The translations under genes and the position numbers were made by a program. Below the pieces are notes generated by a model that ran no database searches, had not been told where the DNA came from, and saw only the letters and a program-made list of their open reading frames with translations. From an uncultured virus (IMG/VR IMGVR_UViG_3300015607_005478) (Duplodnaviria > Heunggongvirae > Uroviricota > Caudoviricetes), in the IMG/VR virus record IMGVR_UViG_3300015607_005478: 64,000 nt of DNA. One strand, given 5' to 3'. Shown piece by piece: positions 35,831 to 45,518 of the stretch; positions within the stretch are counted from its first letter, which is position 1; each line of letters begins with the position of its first letter.

Positions 35831-36567
35831 TGACGGCAATGCTTGAACTTCTTCCGGCGCTCGGCGGCCTCGCCTCCGGATATTCGCCGGGCCGGAACGT
35901 GGCGGGCGAGGCCGCTGCAGCACTTGCACCCGAAGGCAGGAAGACGCGTTCAGAGAATATTGCGCGTCAGCTCGCAGTTGCTGGTGCGCCAGCGGGCGGG
36001 CTTGCCGCACTCCATTTCGGAATGCAGCACCGAGATCGACTGCTCGCCGAACTCGGCCAGCGCATGCCAGGCAGCCCCGTCCCTGGACTCATCGGTATGG
36101 CTGCACCGCTGGCTTTTGGGGTTGGCGGTAGCCTTGCTGGAGGGGCGCTCACCGGCGCGGCAACGGGCCTAGCGCAGAAGCTACGTGGGCCTCTTCGCGC
36201 CAAGAAACCCGAAGAGCAAGCAAAGGTTGCGGCTTGTATCGACGAGCTCGAGAAGCTCGGCGCTGTCTCCCCTGAGCAGGCTCGGCGCGCGCTCGATCAG
36301 CTCGATGCCCTCGAGCAGAACAAGCCCGACGCACGACAGGTAGCGCGCTACGGCATCTCGGGTGCGCTCACCGGCGCCGGCATCAGTGCGCTTGGCAACA
36401 CCCTCGAGGGCAAGCCGATCGGTGGCCTCCGCGGCGTCGGCGCAATGGCATTGAAGGGCGCGCTCAGCGCCGGCGCTGTTCCGTTACTGCAAGCGCACCT
36501 CGACCGGCGCGCGCAGATGGGCACGCTCAAGCAATTCGTACAGCAGCCTTCTCCCAACGGAGAGTGA
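35830..36567 (+). CDS. DELxK-motif glycine-zipper protein
   Basis: Internal CIDELEKLG; Gly/Ala hydrophobic helices. Confidence 0.65.
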   Translation: MTAMLELLPALGGLASGYSPGRNVAGEAAAALAPEGRKTRSENIARQLAVAGAPAGGLAALHFGMQHRDRLLAELGQRMPGSPVPGLIGMAAPLAFGVGGSLAGGALTGAATGLAQKLRGPLRAKKPEEQAKVAACIDELEKLGAVSPEQARRALDQLDALEQNKPDARQVARYGISGALTGAGISALGNTLEGKPIGGLRGVGAMALKGALSAGAVPLLQAHLDRRAQMGTLKQFVQQPSPNGE

Positions 36568-36568
36568 C

Positions 36569-38125
36569 ATGAACAAGTCAGCCTTCTCGACGTCCGCCTA
36601 CTCGGGTCCGCTCAACCCTGCCATCGAGAGCGGCGCGAGCTATCAACCGCCAAGGAAAGCGCCGCAGCTTGCCTCCGCCATTCAGAAGGTTGCTGAGCTC
36701 TGGCCCGGCTTCTTCAACGAGATGCTGAAGCACGCCGCCGAGGCAGTTCCTGGTGGCGTGAATGTCGGGCAGTGGTGGGAACAAGTTGGCGGCCCTCATC
36801 TTGCGAAAGGCGGCGATCACAAGACTTTCAAGAAGATGATGATGGATGCCGGCATCCCCCAGAACTTCCAGGCGAAGTTCGAGCGGTTGGCCCAAGAGAA
36901 GTACCCGCCGGGGCACAACACACGTCGCGCACCGCCAGCGTCGAGCAGCGGTTGGTCGCGTGCATCAGGACACGCGGGTTTGCCGATGAGTGACCTTGCT
37001 AATGCAGGAGTTGCTATCGGTGCCGTCGGTTTACCGTTGGCGTACGGCAGTCTTGCCGAGCAGAAAGAAGATCCGCACACGCGCGTGCCGGAGTGGCGCG
37101 GGCGGGCGGGTAACTATTTGAAGTCTGCACCTTACGGCGCCGCTTTTGGTCATCTTCTCGGCGGCCTCGCAGGTATCGGCCGGAACGGGCAACTTATTGG
37201 AGCTGGACTCGGTGGCCTCGCAGGCTTGGGCGCGGGAGAGCTGGTACATCGGTCAAACGAGACCGGCGCACGAGAGCAGGGCCTTCGCGCGGCACGCACC
37301 GGCAAAGACAAGCGACTTCTCGCGGATGCCTCAAAAACGGAAGCGAATCTTATAGGCGGCGCGGCACGCAACGCGATTCTCCCGGCGGCGCTCAACTACC
37401 TCATGATGCCGCAGGGTTCAGCGCCATTCTCGGTAGCGATGGGGCTCGGTTCTGTCGGCCAGGGCATGGCGCAGAAGCGGCGCAACGCAGCGGCAGTCGA
37501 GCATTACGACAACGAGCTCGCGAAGGCGGCCGCCGGCGCACCCACGCGCGGCAACTTCATGATGGCTAGCGACGTCCCACCATTCAAGGCACCACGTCTC
37601 GACCGCGCGATTCAGAAAGACGGCGCGCTCGAGACTAAGGCAGCCGAGTCCGGTGGCATGTTTCGCACTAGGAAGGACGATGACGAGGAAGACGCGCGCC
37701 TGAAGCAGAAAGAAGGGGACATGCTCTCCGACTACGTCACGTACAACGCGGGCGACTTCAAGCGCTCGAAGTACGCGATGTCGACGGAGGCCATGGGCGA
37801 GCTCGTCAAAGGCCTGCTGAAGGAAGCAGATGTCTCGCCGGCGGTGGCGTGGAACGGCGGGACCGGGAACCCGCACCGTATGGCCAGCGACATCCCTGCC
37901 TTCCGCGCGCCGCGCCTCGATCGCGCGATTCAGAAGGAGGGATCTATCTCTTCTGCACAATCGCAGCTCTCGACGTCGCAACACGTCGGTGCGCCGAAGG
38001 CCTCAGCGCCGCCGGGCCCATCCATCGCTCAGATCGCGAAGCCCAAGGGCGCCCATTTCGGTTCTGGTATCGCTGGTGCTCACAAGGGCAGCATCGGCGG
38101 CACGGCTCCGGTCGGTCTCAAGTAG
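36569..38125 (+). CDS. DELxK-like motif protein with internal repeats
   Basis: GFFNEMLKHA, YDNELAKAA; duplicated MASD-P-F-APRLDRAIQK. Confidence 0.7.
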   Translation: MNKSAFSTSAYSGPLNPAIESGASYQPPRKAPQLASAIQKVAELWPGFFNEMLKHAAEAVPGGVNVGQWWEQVGGPHLAKGGDHKTFKKMMMDAGIPQNFQAKFERLAQEKYPPGHNTRRAPPASSSGWSRASGHAGLPMSDLANAGVAIGAVGLPLAYGSLAEQKEDPHTRVPEWRGRAGNYLKSAPYGAAFGHLLGGLAGIGRNGQLIGAGLGGLAGLGAGELVHRSNETGAREQGLRAARTGKDKRLLADASKTEANLIGGAARNAILPAALNYLMMPQGSAPFSVAMGLGSVGQGMAQKRRNAAAVEHYDNELAKAAAGAPTRGNFMMASDVPPFKAPRLDRAIQKDGALETKAAESGGMFRTRKDDDEEDARLKQKEGDMLSDYVTYNAGDFKRSKYAMSTEAMGELVKGLLKEADVSPAVAWNGGTGNPHRMASDIPAFRAPRLDRAIQKEGSISSAQSQLSTSQHVGAPKASAPPGPSIAQIAKPKGAHFGSGIAGAHKGSIGGTAPVGLK

Positions 38126-38146
38126 CGCACGCGTACGGGTACAAGA
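38118..38146 (+). promoter_or_regulatory. Repeated phage promoter TCAA-N16-GGTACAAGA
   Basis: Motif family member. Confidence 0.55.
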
Positions 38147-38183
38147 AGGGTGGCGGGAGTAAACCTCTCGCTTGGGAGGCCCT

Positions 38184-38735
38184 TTGAAGCGCTACGGGAC
38201 CACATGCGAGTTTACAGGTTCATTCCTCGAACATGCGCGGCAAGATCTAGAAGCGAGTAGCATCAACCGTGAAGCCCTCACGAAGGTTCGCGGGCTGCAG
38301 CATCTGCTTGCACCAGGGAGCGCGAAAGAGCGATTCGAACGAGAAGATCGCCGTATAACTTGGGCGTTGTTGGCGAGCCTGAACAGCTTCGTCTCTTTGT
38401 CGAAGGACCCCTATCGACCCGCAGGCAGCCTCGACCACGTTGACCTGAAGACGGCTTGTGCTGAGGTGGCGCGCTTTCTCGCTCAGAATAGTCGTCGGTT
38501 GGTCATCGACCTCTCGGAGGTAACGATACTTGACGTGCGTGATGAACGTCTTGTTACACGACGAGAGCGCGAAGGTGAGTTGAAACAGATAGGGCGTATC
38601 GAGCAGCTCATTATCTGTGCGCAAAACAAGAACTACCGTTGCGCCGGTATCGCCTTTTACGATTTCGTTTATCGACTTTGTGCGGATGTAGAGCGCGTTC
38701 CTGCATGGGCCCAGTGCCTAACGGAGATCGAATGA
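38184..38735 (+). CDS. Hypothetical protein
   Basis: GGAGG before TTG 38184. Confidence 0.55.
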   Translation: MKRYGTTCEFTGSFLEHARQDLEASSINREALTKVRGLQHLLAPGSAKERFEREDRRITWALLASLNSFVSLSKDPYRPAGSLDHVDLKTACAEVARFLAQNSRRLVIDLSEVTILDVRDERLVTRREREGELKQIGRIEQLIICAQNKNYRCAGIAFYDFVYRLCADVERVPAWAQCLTEIE

Positions 38736-39106
38736 GCAACGACGAAGACCGGCTCCCCGGCATTACGTTCAACTTCAAGAGCTCGTCGCTCGCAAAGCCG
38801 GAGGGCGTGAAGGAGAAGTTTCGTGTGCATCTCCACCTCGACGCCATCGTGTCGAACGAAGAGCTCTGGCGCGTCATCGAGCAGCGCTTCAAGGATGGCT
38901 ACCACATCTACACGCAGAAGGACTTCCACGAGGATGTCATCGACGTGATGCGGAAGAAGGCCAAGGATCACTCGGCACGCATAGAACAGCTCGAGAAGGA
39001 CCTGGAGAAGGAGCGCGCTGCACGCACGAAGGCCGAACGCGAGGTGGAGAAGTACAAGACGCCGCTCGAGTCGTTCGGTGTCGCGTTACAGGGCAAGACC
39101 CCTTGA
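38732..39106 (+). CDS. Hypothetical coiled-coil protein
   Basis: GGAG then ATG; charged helical C-half. Confidence 0.65.
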   Translation: MSNDEDRLPGITFNFKSSSLAKPEGVKEKFRVHLHLDAIVSNEELWRVIEQRFKDGYHIYTQKDFHEDVIDVMRKKAKDHSARIEQLEKDLEKERAARTKAEREVEKYKTPLESFGVALQGKTP

Positions 39107-39134
39107 TATGGTAACCTCGACTCGGAGGCAGAAC

Positions 39135-39548
39135 ATGAGCGTCGAATCGTTGAAGCAGGCCCTGATCGACAGCAAGACCGCGGAGAAGCTCGACACCAAC
39201 GAGGACAAGCCAACGCTCTCCCAGAACAACGTCTACAAGGACCCGCCGGGGCGCAGTCCTGGCACTCTCGACGCTCGTTGGGGCGACAAGCCCGGCCCGG
39301 CCATCGTGCATGGCACTGCTGCTGTCGATGCGGCCGAGGATGGTCGCGGTGGCATGATCGACCGTCTCTTCGACAGCCCCAAGACGACAGCGCCGACGGA
39401 GCAAGAGCTCGTTCGCACCATCTTCAACGCGGAGACGGTGAACGAGGGCCATCCGCCGCACAGCCCGATGCTTCGTCGCGGCAAAGTGAAGGTCGCCGAA
39501 GACGAATCGCTGGCCGAGCAGGTACAGCGTATTACTGGCCTGCGGTGA
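39135..39548 (+). CDS. Hypothetical protein
   Basis: GGAGG then ATG; KTA and KVA motifs near both termini. Confidence 0.65.
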   Translation: MSVESLKQALIDSKTAEKLDTNEDKPTLSQNNVYKDPPGRSPGTLDARWGDKPGPAIVHGTAAVDAAEDGRGGMIDRLFDSPKTTAPTEQELVRTIFNAETVNEGHPPHSPMLRRGKVKVAEDESLAEQVQRITGLR

Positions 39549-39994
39549 GAACGCACGGAGAAAGTGTTCATGCCGGGAACACGGCGGAGCATCGTGCGTG
39601 GTCTTCTATGCTCGCTCGCTGCCGCAATCCCAAAGTAAAGAGGTACGCGCATTATGGCGGGCGCGGCATCACTGTTTGCGAACGCTGGCAGGGTCCGCAC
39701 GGCTACCAGAATTTCCTCGCCGACATGGGCCGAAAGCCGTCAACCAAGCACACGCTCGATCGCAAAGACCCGAATGGGCATTACACGCCTGATAATTGTG
39801 TATGGGCGACACAAACGGAGCAACAAAACAACAGGCGCAATAACCGACGTGTGGTCTACCGCGGCGAAGAGCTAACCCTCGCCCAACTCGCCGCACGTAC
39901 AGGCCATCCGCCGCTCAGACTCCGAGACCGGCTCAATGCAGGCTGGAGCGTCGAAGAGGCAGTACATGAGCCCCCAAGAAAAATCTCCAGTTGA
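39545..39994 (+). CDS. HNH-type homing endonuclease (short form)
   Basis: YGGRGITVCERW, TLDRKDPNGHYTPDNCVWAT; GTGA overlap with the previous stop. Confidence 0.85.
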   Translation: MRTHGESVHAGNTAEHRAWSSMLARCRNPKVKRYAHYGGRGITVCERWQGPHGYQNFLADMGRKPSTKHTLDRKDPNGHYTPDNCVWATQTEQQNNRRNNRRVVYRGEELTLAQLAARTGHPPLRLRDRLNAGWSVEEAVHEPPRKISS

Positions 39995-40814
39995 CGAATA
40001 CTTCGAGACGAAAGAGGCGGCCAAAGAGTCGCGCAAGCAGAACGAGCTGCAGGTGTGGCAGCATTGGATGAACAACGGCCAGCAAGCCGCGCATCTGGAG
40101 CCGCTGCTCAAGGCCTACGAGCCCGTCTTCGCGCAAAAAGTTCGGCAGTGGAAGCCGAAGATGATTCCGGAGTCGGTTTACAACGCCGAGCTCCAGAAGC
40201 ACGCCATCAAGGCGTTTCAGTCCTATGACCCGACGAAGGGTGCGGCGCTCAATACGCACGTCACCAACTTCTTGAAGAAGGCCCTTCGTTACGGCAACCT
40301 CCACGCGAACATGGGCTACCTGCCCGAGGGGCAGAGCGCGTATATCGGCGCCATCAACAAGGCAACCGACATCCTGCAGGAGGAGTTCGGGCGCCCGCCG
40401 ACGCCTCAGGAAATTCACGATCACCTGCAGCAGGATCCGGACAAGGACTATCGGAAGCTCACCCCGGAGCGCATCACGACCATCCAAACGAACATGTTCC
40501 GCGACATCCCGATGTCCCGGTCAGGCGGCGCCGACGCCGGCTACGACTACTCGTCGGCAGCGAAGCCGTCAGCGCACGCCTTTGAGGAGCAGCAGATCGC
40601 GGTGGCGCAGAACATTCTGCCTCAGATCTTTCCGAACAAACCGGACCTCCACGAGCTTTTCCACTACACGTTTGGGACCAACGGCTACCCGAAGATCTCG
40701 TCGACGGGCGAGCTCGCAAAGAAGATGGGCAAGAGCCAGCCCCAGATCAGCCGCATGAAAACCATCATGGGCGCCACGTTGAAAAAGCACATGGGGCTGG
40801 ACGAAGACGAATAG
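39966..40814 (+). CDS. Phage RNA polymerase sigma factor (group 3-like)
   Basis: Region 2 AIKAFQSYDPTKGAALNTHV, region 3 LQEEFGRPPTPQEI, region 4 HTH GELAKKMGKSQPQISR. Confidence 0.85.
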   Translation: MSPQEKSPVDEYFETKEAAKESRKQNELQVWQHWMNNGQQAAHLEPLLKAYEPVFAQKVRQWKPKMIPESVYNAELQKHAIKAFQSYDPTKGAALNTHVTNFLKKALRYGNLHANMGYLPEGQSAYIGAINKATDILQEEFGRPPTPQEIHDHLQQDPDKDYRKLTPERITTIQTNMFRDIPMSRSGGADAGYDYSSAAKPSAHAFEEQQIAVAQNILPQIFPNKPDLHELFHYTFGTNGYPKISSTGELAKKMGKSQPQISRMKTIMGATLKKHMGLDEDE

Positions 40815-40867
40815 CGGTTGTAGTTTCTCATCTTCGCCCCCGGGCGTTACAACACGGAGAGACAGAG

Positions 40868-40993
40868 ATGGCTGCAAAGAAAAAGGCTGCTGCGAAGAGC
40901 AAGGTGACCCGCAAGTCGGTGAAGGCCGCTGCTCCGCGCACGGCGCGCAAGCCCGCGAAGAAGCGCGCGGCGAAGAAGTCCTCGGCGAGCTGA
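40868..40993 (+). CDS. 41-aa histone-like basic protein
   Basis: MAAKKKAAAKSKVTRKSVKAAAPRTARKPAKKRAAKKSSAS; GGAG upstream, terminator downstream. Confidence 0.7.
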   Translation: MAAKKKAAAKSKVTRKSVKAAAPRTARKPAKKRAAKKSSAS

Positions 40994-41015
40994 CGCTCAA
41001 AGAGACTGGGAAAGC

Positions 41016-41052
41016 GAGGCTCGGTGGATACCCACCGGGCCTCGTTCTTTTT
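41016..41052 (+). terminator. Intrinsic terminator
   Basis: CGAGGCTCGGTGG/CCACCGGGCCTCG then TTCTTTTT. Confidence 0.75.
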
Positions 41053-41068
41053 GTCCTGGGAGATTCTC

Positions 41069-42253
41069 ATGAACGATAACGACAAGTACGAAGCTGCCCG
41101 GCGGCGCATGTTCGACCGCACCAAGCGCGGCGAAGCCGAGAAGCGCATCCTGCTCGAGACCGTTTCCAAGATGGTCATCGTGGACCGTCTCGTAGCGCCG
41201 CGCTTGATGGACTTCTACCCGCGCGAGAAAGATGAGCTCTGCTTGCGCTACTCGCTCGGTTCGAGCGGTCAGAGCGACATGGTGCGCATCCACCGTCACG
41301 CGCTCAACCAGCTCTGCGCAAAGGTCTCGTTCCCGATGACCTACCTCAACGCGCTCAACAAGTATGAGGCGCAGCTCTCGCTGACCTCAAAAACGAAGGA
41401 GGATTGGCGGCGTCAACTTCTCTGCCACAACCTCAACGAGCTCTTTCATCAACCTGAGTGGGTCGAGCGCGGGGGCGAACCAACGCGGTTTCTTCATCGC
41501 GTCGTTGACGGTGAGCTTCGGGGTTTCCTCTCCCGGCGATACGGGCGACACATCGCGACGGCGCCGCTGCTCCGCGCGTTCATCGACTCGTGCGACGCCA
41601 AGGACGCCATCCCCATCGAAGCGGCGGCGTCCCCCGTGCGCGTTTACTTACGGTATCTCTTGCCGGACGTGTTCGAGGCGTTCCCTGGTGAGTACATCGG
41701 CATCGGTTCGGAGTTCTCCAACTCGGACTTCGGCTCGGGCCGCATGACGGTTACGCAGACCATCTGGCGCATCTCGACAGCTACGTCCTCGGTCATCGAT
41801 GAGACTCTGGGGCGGGTGCATCTCGGCTCCATCATCGAGGACAGCGATCTCGAGATCAGCGAAGAGACAGCGAAGGCCGAGCTCGCGGCGCTGCGTTCTG
41901 CGATCACCGATTCCGTGAACCACCAGTTCTCGGCGAAGAACGTGGACCGTCTCCTCATCGCCCTTCGCGCGGCGCGCGACGAGCAGATTCCTTGGGGGCG
42001 ACTCAAGGGCCAACTCTCTCGGTTCCTCGGCAAGGCCGACGTCGACTGGTTGCAGAATACTCTCGACATGAAGGGTGAGAGCATCATCGACTTGCCGCCC
42101 ATTTCGTTCGACCCGGCCGGTAACCCCGTGCCAAACACGTATTGGGCGGCGAGCGCGGTCAGCGCTATCGCGGCCAAGACCGAGGACGTGGACCGCCGCG
42201 CCGAGCTTCAGCGTGAAGCTGGAAAGCTCTTTGCTTCGCTTTTGAAGGGGTAA
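41069..42253 (+). CDS. DUF932-like protein
   Basis: LRGFLSRRY, FSNSDFGSG and RVHLG motifs. Confidence 0.6.
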   Translation: MNDNDKYEAARRRMFDRTKRGEAEKRILLETVSKMVIVDRLVAPRLMDFYPREKDELCLRYSLGSSGQSDMVRIHRHALNQLCAKVSFPMTYLNALNKYEAQLSLTSKTKEDWRRQLLCHNLNELFHQPEWVERGGEPTRFLHRVVDGELRGFLSRRYGRHIATAPLLRAFIDSCDAKDAIPIEAAASPVRVYLRYLLPDVFEAFPGEYIGIGSEFSNSDFGSGRMTVTQTIWRISTATSSVIDETLGRVHLGSIIEDSDLEISEETAKAELAALRSAITDSVNHQFSAKNVDRLLIALRAARDEQIPWGRLKGQLSRFLGKADVDWLQNTLDMKGESIIDLPPISFDPAGNPVPNTYWAASAVSAIAAKTEDVDRRAELQREAGKLFASLLKG

Positions 42254-42279
42254 AAGTAGAAGTAGGCTACGCTCCGTTC

Positions 42280-42498
42280 ATGGCCACGGTTGCAGAACGA
42301 AATGCGCGCCTTGACGCCCTCGCGGAAGCTGCCAAAGCATGGGCGACCTCCAAGACCAGGGAGCTAAACAACCGCGTCGAGACATCGAAGGCGATTCTGA
42401 AGGGTCGGACAGGCAGCGAGCGGCTCGCGCAGGCAACCGTCGCTGCCGCCTCCGGTCTTGTAGTGACCGAGATCGATGACTTTCTGGTAGTAACGTAA
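42280..42498 (+). CDS. Hypothetical protein
   Basis: TACGCT 6 nt upstream of the ATG. Confidence 0.6.
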   Translation: MATVAERNARLDALAEAAKAWATSKTRELNNRVETSKAILKGRTGSERLAQATVAAASGLVVTEIDDFLVVT

Positions 42499-42504
42499 TA
42501 GGAG

Positions 42505-42846
42505 ATGATGATGGACAACGGGACTGTCGAAGCGAATGGCGTAAATGCTGGTGCGCCGATTGTTGTCGAGCAACAGGTTGCTCCCCCCATCGCGCCGCCC
42601 GGACAGAAGCTCGAGGAAGCGGAGCGCCTCGCGATCGAGAATAGCTACCTGAAGATGCAGAACATGCAGCTTCAGATGCAGAATATCGATCAGGCCAAGC
42701 AGCAACTCATCACGGACATGCGCGCTGAGCAGGCCAAGATGGAGGCCTTCCGCGCCAAGCTCTCCGAGAAGTACAACGTCGACATCAGCCGTACTACGGT
42801 TGACGCTGAGGGCAACATCCGCGTTCCCCAGAAGTCCGGAGTCTGA
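42505..42846 (+). CDS. Gln/Met-rich coiled-coil protein
   Basis: AGGAG upstream. Confidence 0.65.
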   Translation: MMMDNGTVEANGVNAGAPIVVEQQVAPPIAPPGQKLEEAERLAIENSYLKMQNMQLQMQNIDQAKQQLITDMRAEQAKMEAFRAKLSEKYNVDISRTTVDAEGNIRVPQKSGV

Positions 42847-42847
42847 C

Positions 42848-43846
42848 ATGACACCGACGCCGTTCGCGACGCGCCAGAACTTCCGGTTGGACTTCACCTT
42901 CCCAGCGAGCGCCTGGGCAGGATTCGACCGGCTTGAGGTCTGGCGCTCGCGATCGGGGTCCGGTGGCCCGTATGAGTGTTTGCACGACAACACTTGGTCG
43001 CCAGCACGTCTTCCTATCGGGTTCGTAGGGCCGTCATCGAGTCCGGGACCCTCGGCCATTCTCGACGGGAAAAAGCTCGAGCTGCTTGTGAACGAACTCA
43101 TCCCCGTCGAAATCGCTTTCTCTGGCGCCGACCCCTGGACCTTCGCGCAAGCGGCGGCCCAGATCGGCGCGCAGGGTCAGGGGCTTCTTTCTAGCTTCGT
43201 ATCCGGCGGCACGCTCGTCGTGGACACGATTCAAGCAGGCGTGCTTGCCACGCTGCGTTGCACCGGCGGTGATGCGGCGCCCGCGCTCCATCTTCCGACG
43301 GAGGGCCTCGAATCTTTCGCTTTCGGCCGAGACGCGCGCATCGTGCTCGTTCCCGGCCGGGAGCAATACGGTTTTGCTGACCCTGATGGCTCGACGACGT
43401 ATTTCTACAAGACGCGGTTCTACAACACGCTGAGCCAGCTCTGGAGCGAGTTCTCGGACCCCTTCCAAGGCCGCCGACCGCGCGCGCTCCCCGCAGCGAA
43501 CCTCATGCTTTGCTACGTCGACCTCGTCGACCAGAACGGCAATCCCGCGCGAAACCTCGAGGTCATGCTCCACACGCGGTACGCCGGCGTTCAGGCAGAC
43601 TCGCGCACGGTGACTTCAGGCTCGCAGCGCTTGTTGACCGACGCCGATGGTCACGCAGAGGCTCTCCTCGTTCGCGGCGTCGAGGTGGGCGTTACGGTCG
43701 GTGGAACGTCGCTCGCGCGCAATGTGAAGATTCCCACGGACCCCGCCGTCGAATCGCTGAACTTGCTCGACCCGGCCAATGGCAGTGACGACCTCTTCTC
43801 CGTGCAGGTTCCCAACGTCCCGCACGCTGTCCGCCGCAAGCTGTAA
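42848..43846 (+). CDS. Putative virion structural protein
   Basis: Beta-rich composition; FADPDGSTTYFYKTRFYN fibronectin-like segment. Confidence 0.5.
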   Translation: MTPTPFATRQNFRLDFTFPASAWAGFDRLEVWRSRSGSGGPYECLHDNTWSPARLPIGFVGPSSSPGPSAILDGKKLELLVNELIPVEIAFSGADPWTFAQAAAQIGAQGQGLLSSFVSGGTLVVDTIQAGVLATLRCTGGDAAPALHLPTEGLESFAFGRDARIVLVPGREQYGFADPDGSTTYFYKTRFYNTLSQLWSEFSDPFQGRRPRALPAANLMLCYVDLVDQNGNPARNLEVMLHTRYAGVQADSRTVTSGSQRLLTDADGHAEALLVRGVEVGVTVGGTSLARNVKIPTDPAVESLNLLDPANGSDDLFSVQVPNVPHAVRRKL

Positions 43847-43861
43847 TACTGGAGGGAGTCG

Positions 43862-44761
43862 ATGGGCTACGAACCTGTAGACGTGTTCGTGAAAGACACA
43901 ACGCCGGCGAAGAATCCGGTGCTTGGTGTCGTCGTCAAGATCTTCTCCGAGGACGGGAAGATCGTTTATGGCATGCAGCAGACGGACGAGGACGGGAAGG
44001 CGTCGTTCCTCCTGCCCTCGGAGTTCACCTATCAAGTCCGCTTCTACAAGTTCGGCTTCACGTTTACGCAGCCACAGATTGTCGAGGTACTCCCGAGCCC
44101 ACTCGCGCCCGGGCAGTCGAACATCTTCGACGCGTCGGGCTCGAGCGTCGCGCCTCCGGTTCCCAACGACGTACGCCTCTGCACGGCCTACGGTTATTTC
44201 CGGGACATCACAGGCGCGCCGCAAGCGAACGTCGATATCCACTTCATCGCGAAGTTCGACCCCGTCCTTCTCGACGGCGCCGGCGTCGTGAAGGAGCGCG
44301 CGATCCGACGCACCGATGAGAATGGCTACATGCAGGTCAATCTCATTCGGAATGGGTTGTACGACTGCACTATTCAAGGAGAAGAGGACATCGTTCGCCA
44401 TATCGCGGTGCCCGACGCGCCAAACGTGAACCTGCCGGACCTCATCTTCCCGGTGGTCGACCGTGTGGTGGCCAGCCCGCCGGGTCCGTACACGCTTGCG
44501 GTCGGCCAAGAGATCACCGTCGAGCTCCACATCATGACGAGCGACGGCAACGACCTCGGACGCGGCTTCAACGACGTCATCTACCGCCTCACGGATTGCA
44601 ACGTCGTGACCTACACCTCCTCTGGAACGAGCAGCATCGTCTTCCGCGGGATTGCGCCGGGCACTTCCTCGCTCACACTCGAGCGCGCCAACAAGAGCAT
44701 CGTGCGCATCCCTGACCCCGGCATTCTTGGACAACCGTTGGTTGTAACCGTTACTCCGTGA
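43862..44761 (+). CDS. Putative virion protein with prealbumin/Ig-like domains
   Basis: Two TDxxG motifs (QTDEDGKA, RTDENGYM); C-terminal Ig-like strand pattern. Confidence 0.55.
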   Translation: MGYEPVDVFVKDTTPAKNPVLGVVVKIFSEDGKIVYGMQQTDEDGKASFLLPSEFTYQVRFYKFGFTFTQPQIVEVLPSPLAPGQSNIFDASGSSVAPPVPNDVRLCTAYGYFRDITGAPQANVDIHFIAKFDPVLLDGAGVVKERAIRRTDENGYMQVNLIRNGLYDCTIQGEEDIVRHIAVPDAPNVNLPDLIFPVVDRVVASPPGPYTLAVGQEITVELHIMTSDGNDLGRGFNDVIYRLTDCNVVTYTSSGTSSIVFRGIAPGTSSLTLERANKSIVRIPDPGILGQPLVVTVTP

Positions 44762-45459
44762 TTCTCGCTCGTGTTGTTAGGACCGTGCTCCAACGAGCGG
44801 CGGCGCGGTCCGTCAGCCCCGGCCTCGCCTACATACGCGAAGAGCTCGCGCGAGCCGCGCCAGAACTACCGCCGCCGCCAGAACCTCCACTAGCGAAGGT
44901 CATCCCGCTTCGGCAACCGAGTTCGGTACCGCCCCCACTCGAGCTCGAGCCGTCCGCGTGGGATCCGGAGGAGCCGGGTTCGGGTGTCGAGCTCGTCGCC
45001 CGGGAACTAGCGCAGCCCGAACCTCGCGATGAAGAACTCTTGCTGCAGGAGATTCAGGGCTGCAAGCAGCTCCTCATCGAGATCATACGGCGTGCCGCCT
45101 ATGACTGGGTTCTCTATCGTGGGCACCGCCGCCTCGCTCAGCGAACCCTTGCGGATCAGGCGTATCGCTGGCTCTTCAAAGAGACAGAGGGCACCGCCGA
45201 TTGGCAAGAGCGCATGCGCGATGGAAAGTACATCACGAGCTTCGAAGCCATCTGCGAGGGCCTGGACCTAGACCCAAACAAGGTTCGTGGGTACATCGAA
45301 CGCCTCACGCCGAAGAATGTGACGAGCGTGGGCCGGCCTGCGGAATATCGCCGACGAAGCACCGTTTCCCAGCAATCCGACGAGGACGTCTACTCCCTAC
45401 CTGGAGGGCTCCTCCCCATGGACGATGTAGACTCCGGCGACGATAACTCTGGTCTCTAA
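44758..45459 (+). CDS. Hypothetical phage protein
   Basis: IIRRAAYDW...AYRWLF...SFEAICEGLDLDP helical domain. Confidence 0.6.
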   Translation: MILARVVRTVLQRAAARSVSPGLAYIREELARAAPELPPPPEPPLAKVIPLRQPSSVPPPLELEPSAWDPEEPGSGVELVARELAQPEPRDEELLLQEIQGCKQLLIEIIRRAAYDWVLYRGHRRLAQRTLADQAYRWLFKETEGTADWQERMRDGKYITSFEAICEGLDLDPNKVRGYIERLTPKNVTSVGRPAEYRRRSTVSQQSDEDVYSLPGGLLPMDDVDSGDDNSGL

Positions 45460-45484
45460 AACCCGTTCGGGTAAGGAGATAAGA
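45456..45484 (+). promoter_or_regulatory. Repeated phage promoter CTAA-N16-GAGATAAGA
   Basis: Motif variant heading the small-gene run. Confidence 0.55.
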
Positions 45485-45518
45485 ACGACGAAGCCCACTA
45501 CGTGGGCTCGGAGGAGTC

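Noticed and set aside
38124..38200. Possible tRNA in the intergenic gap
   Set aside because: Only a short hairpin; no D or T arm consensus. Better explained as promoter plus 5' UTR.
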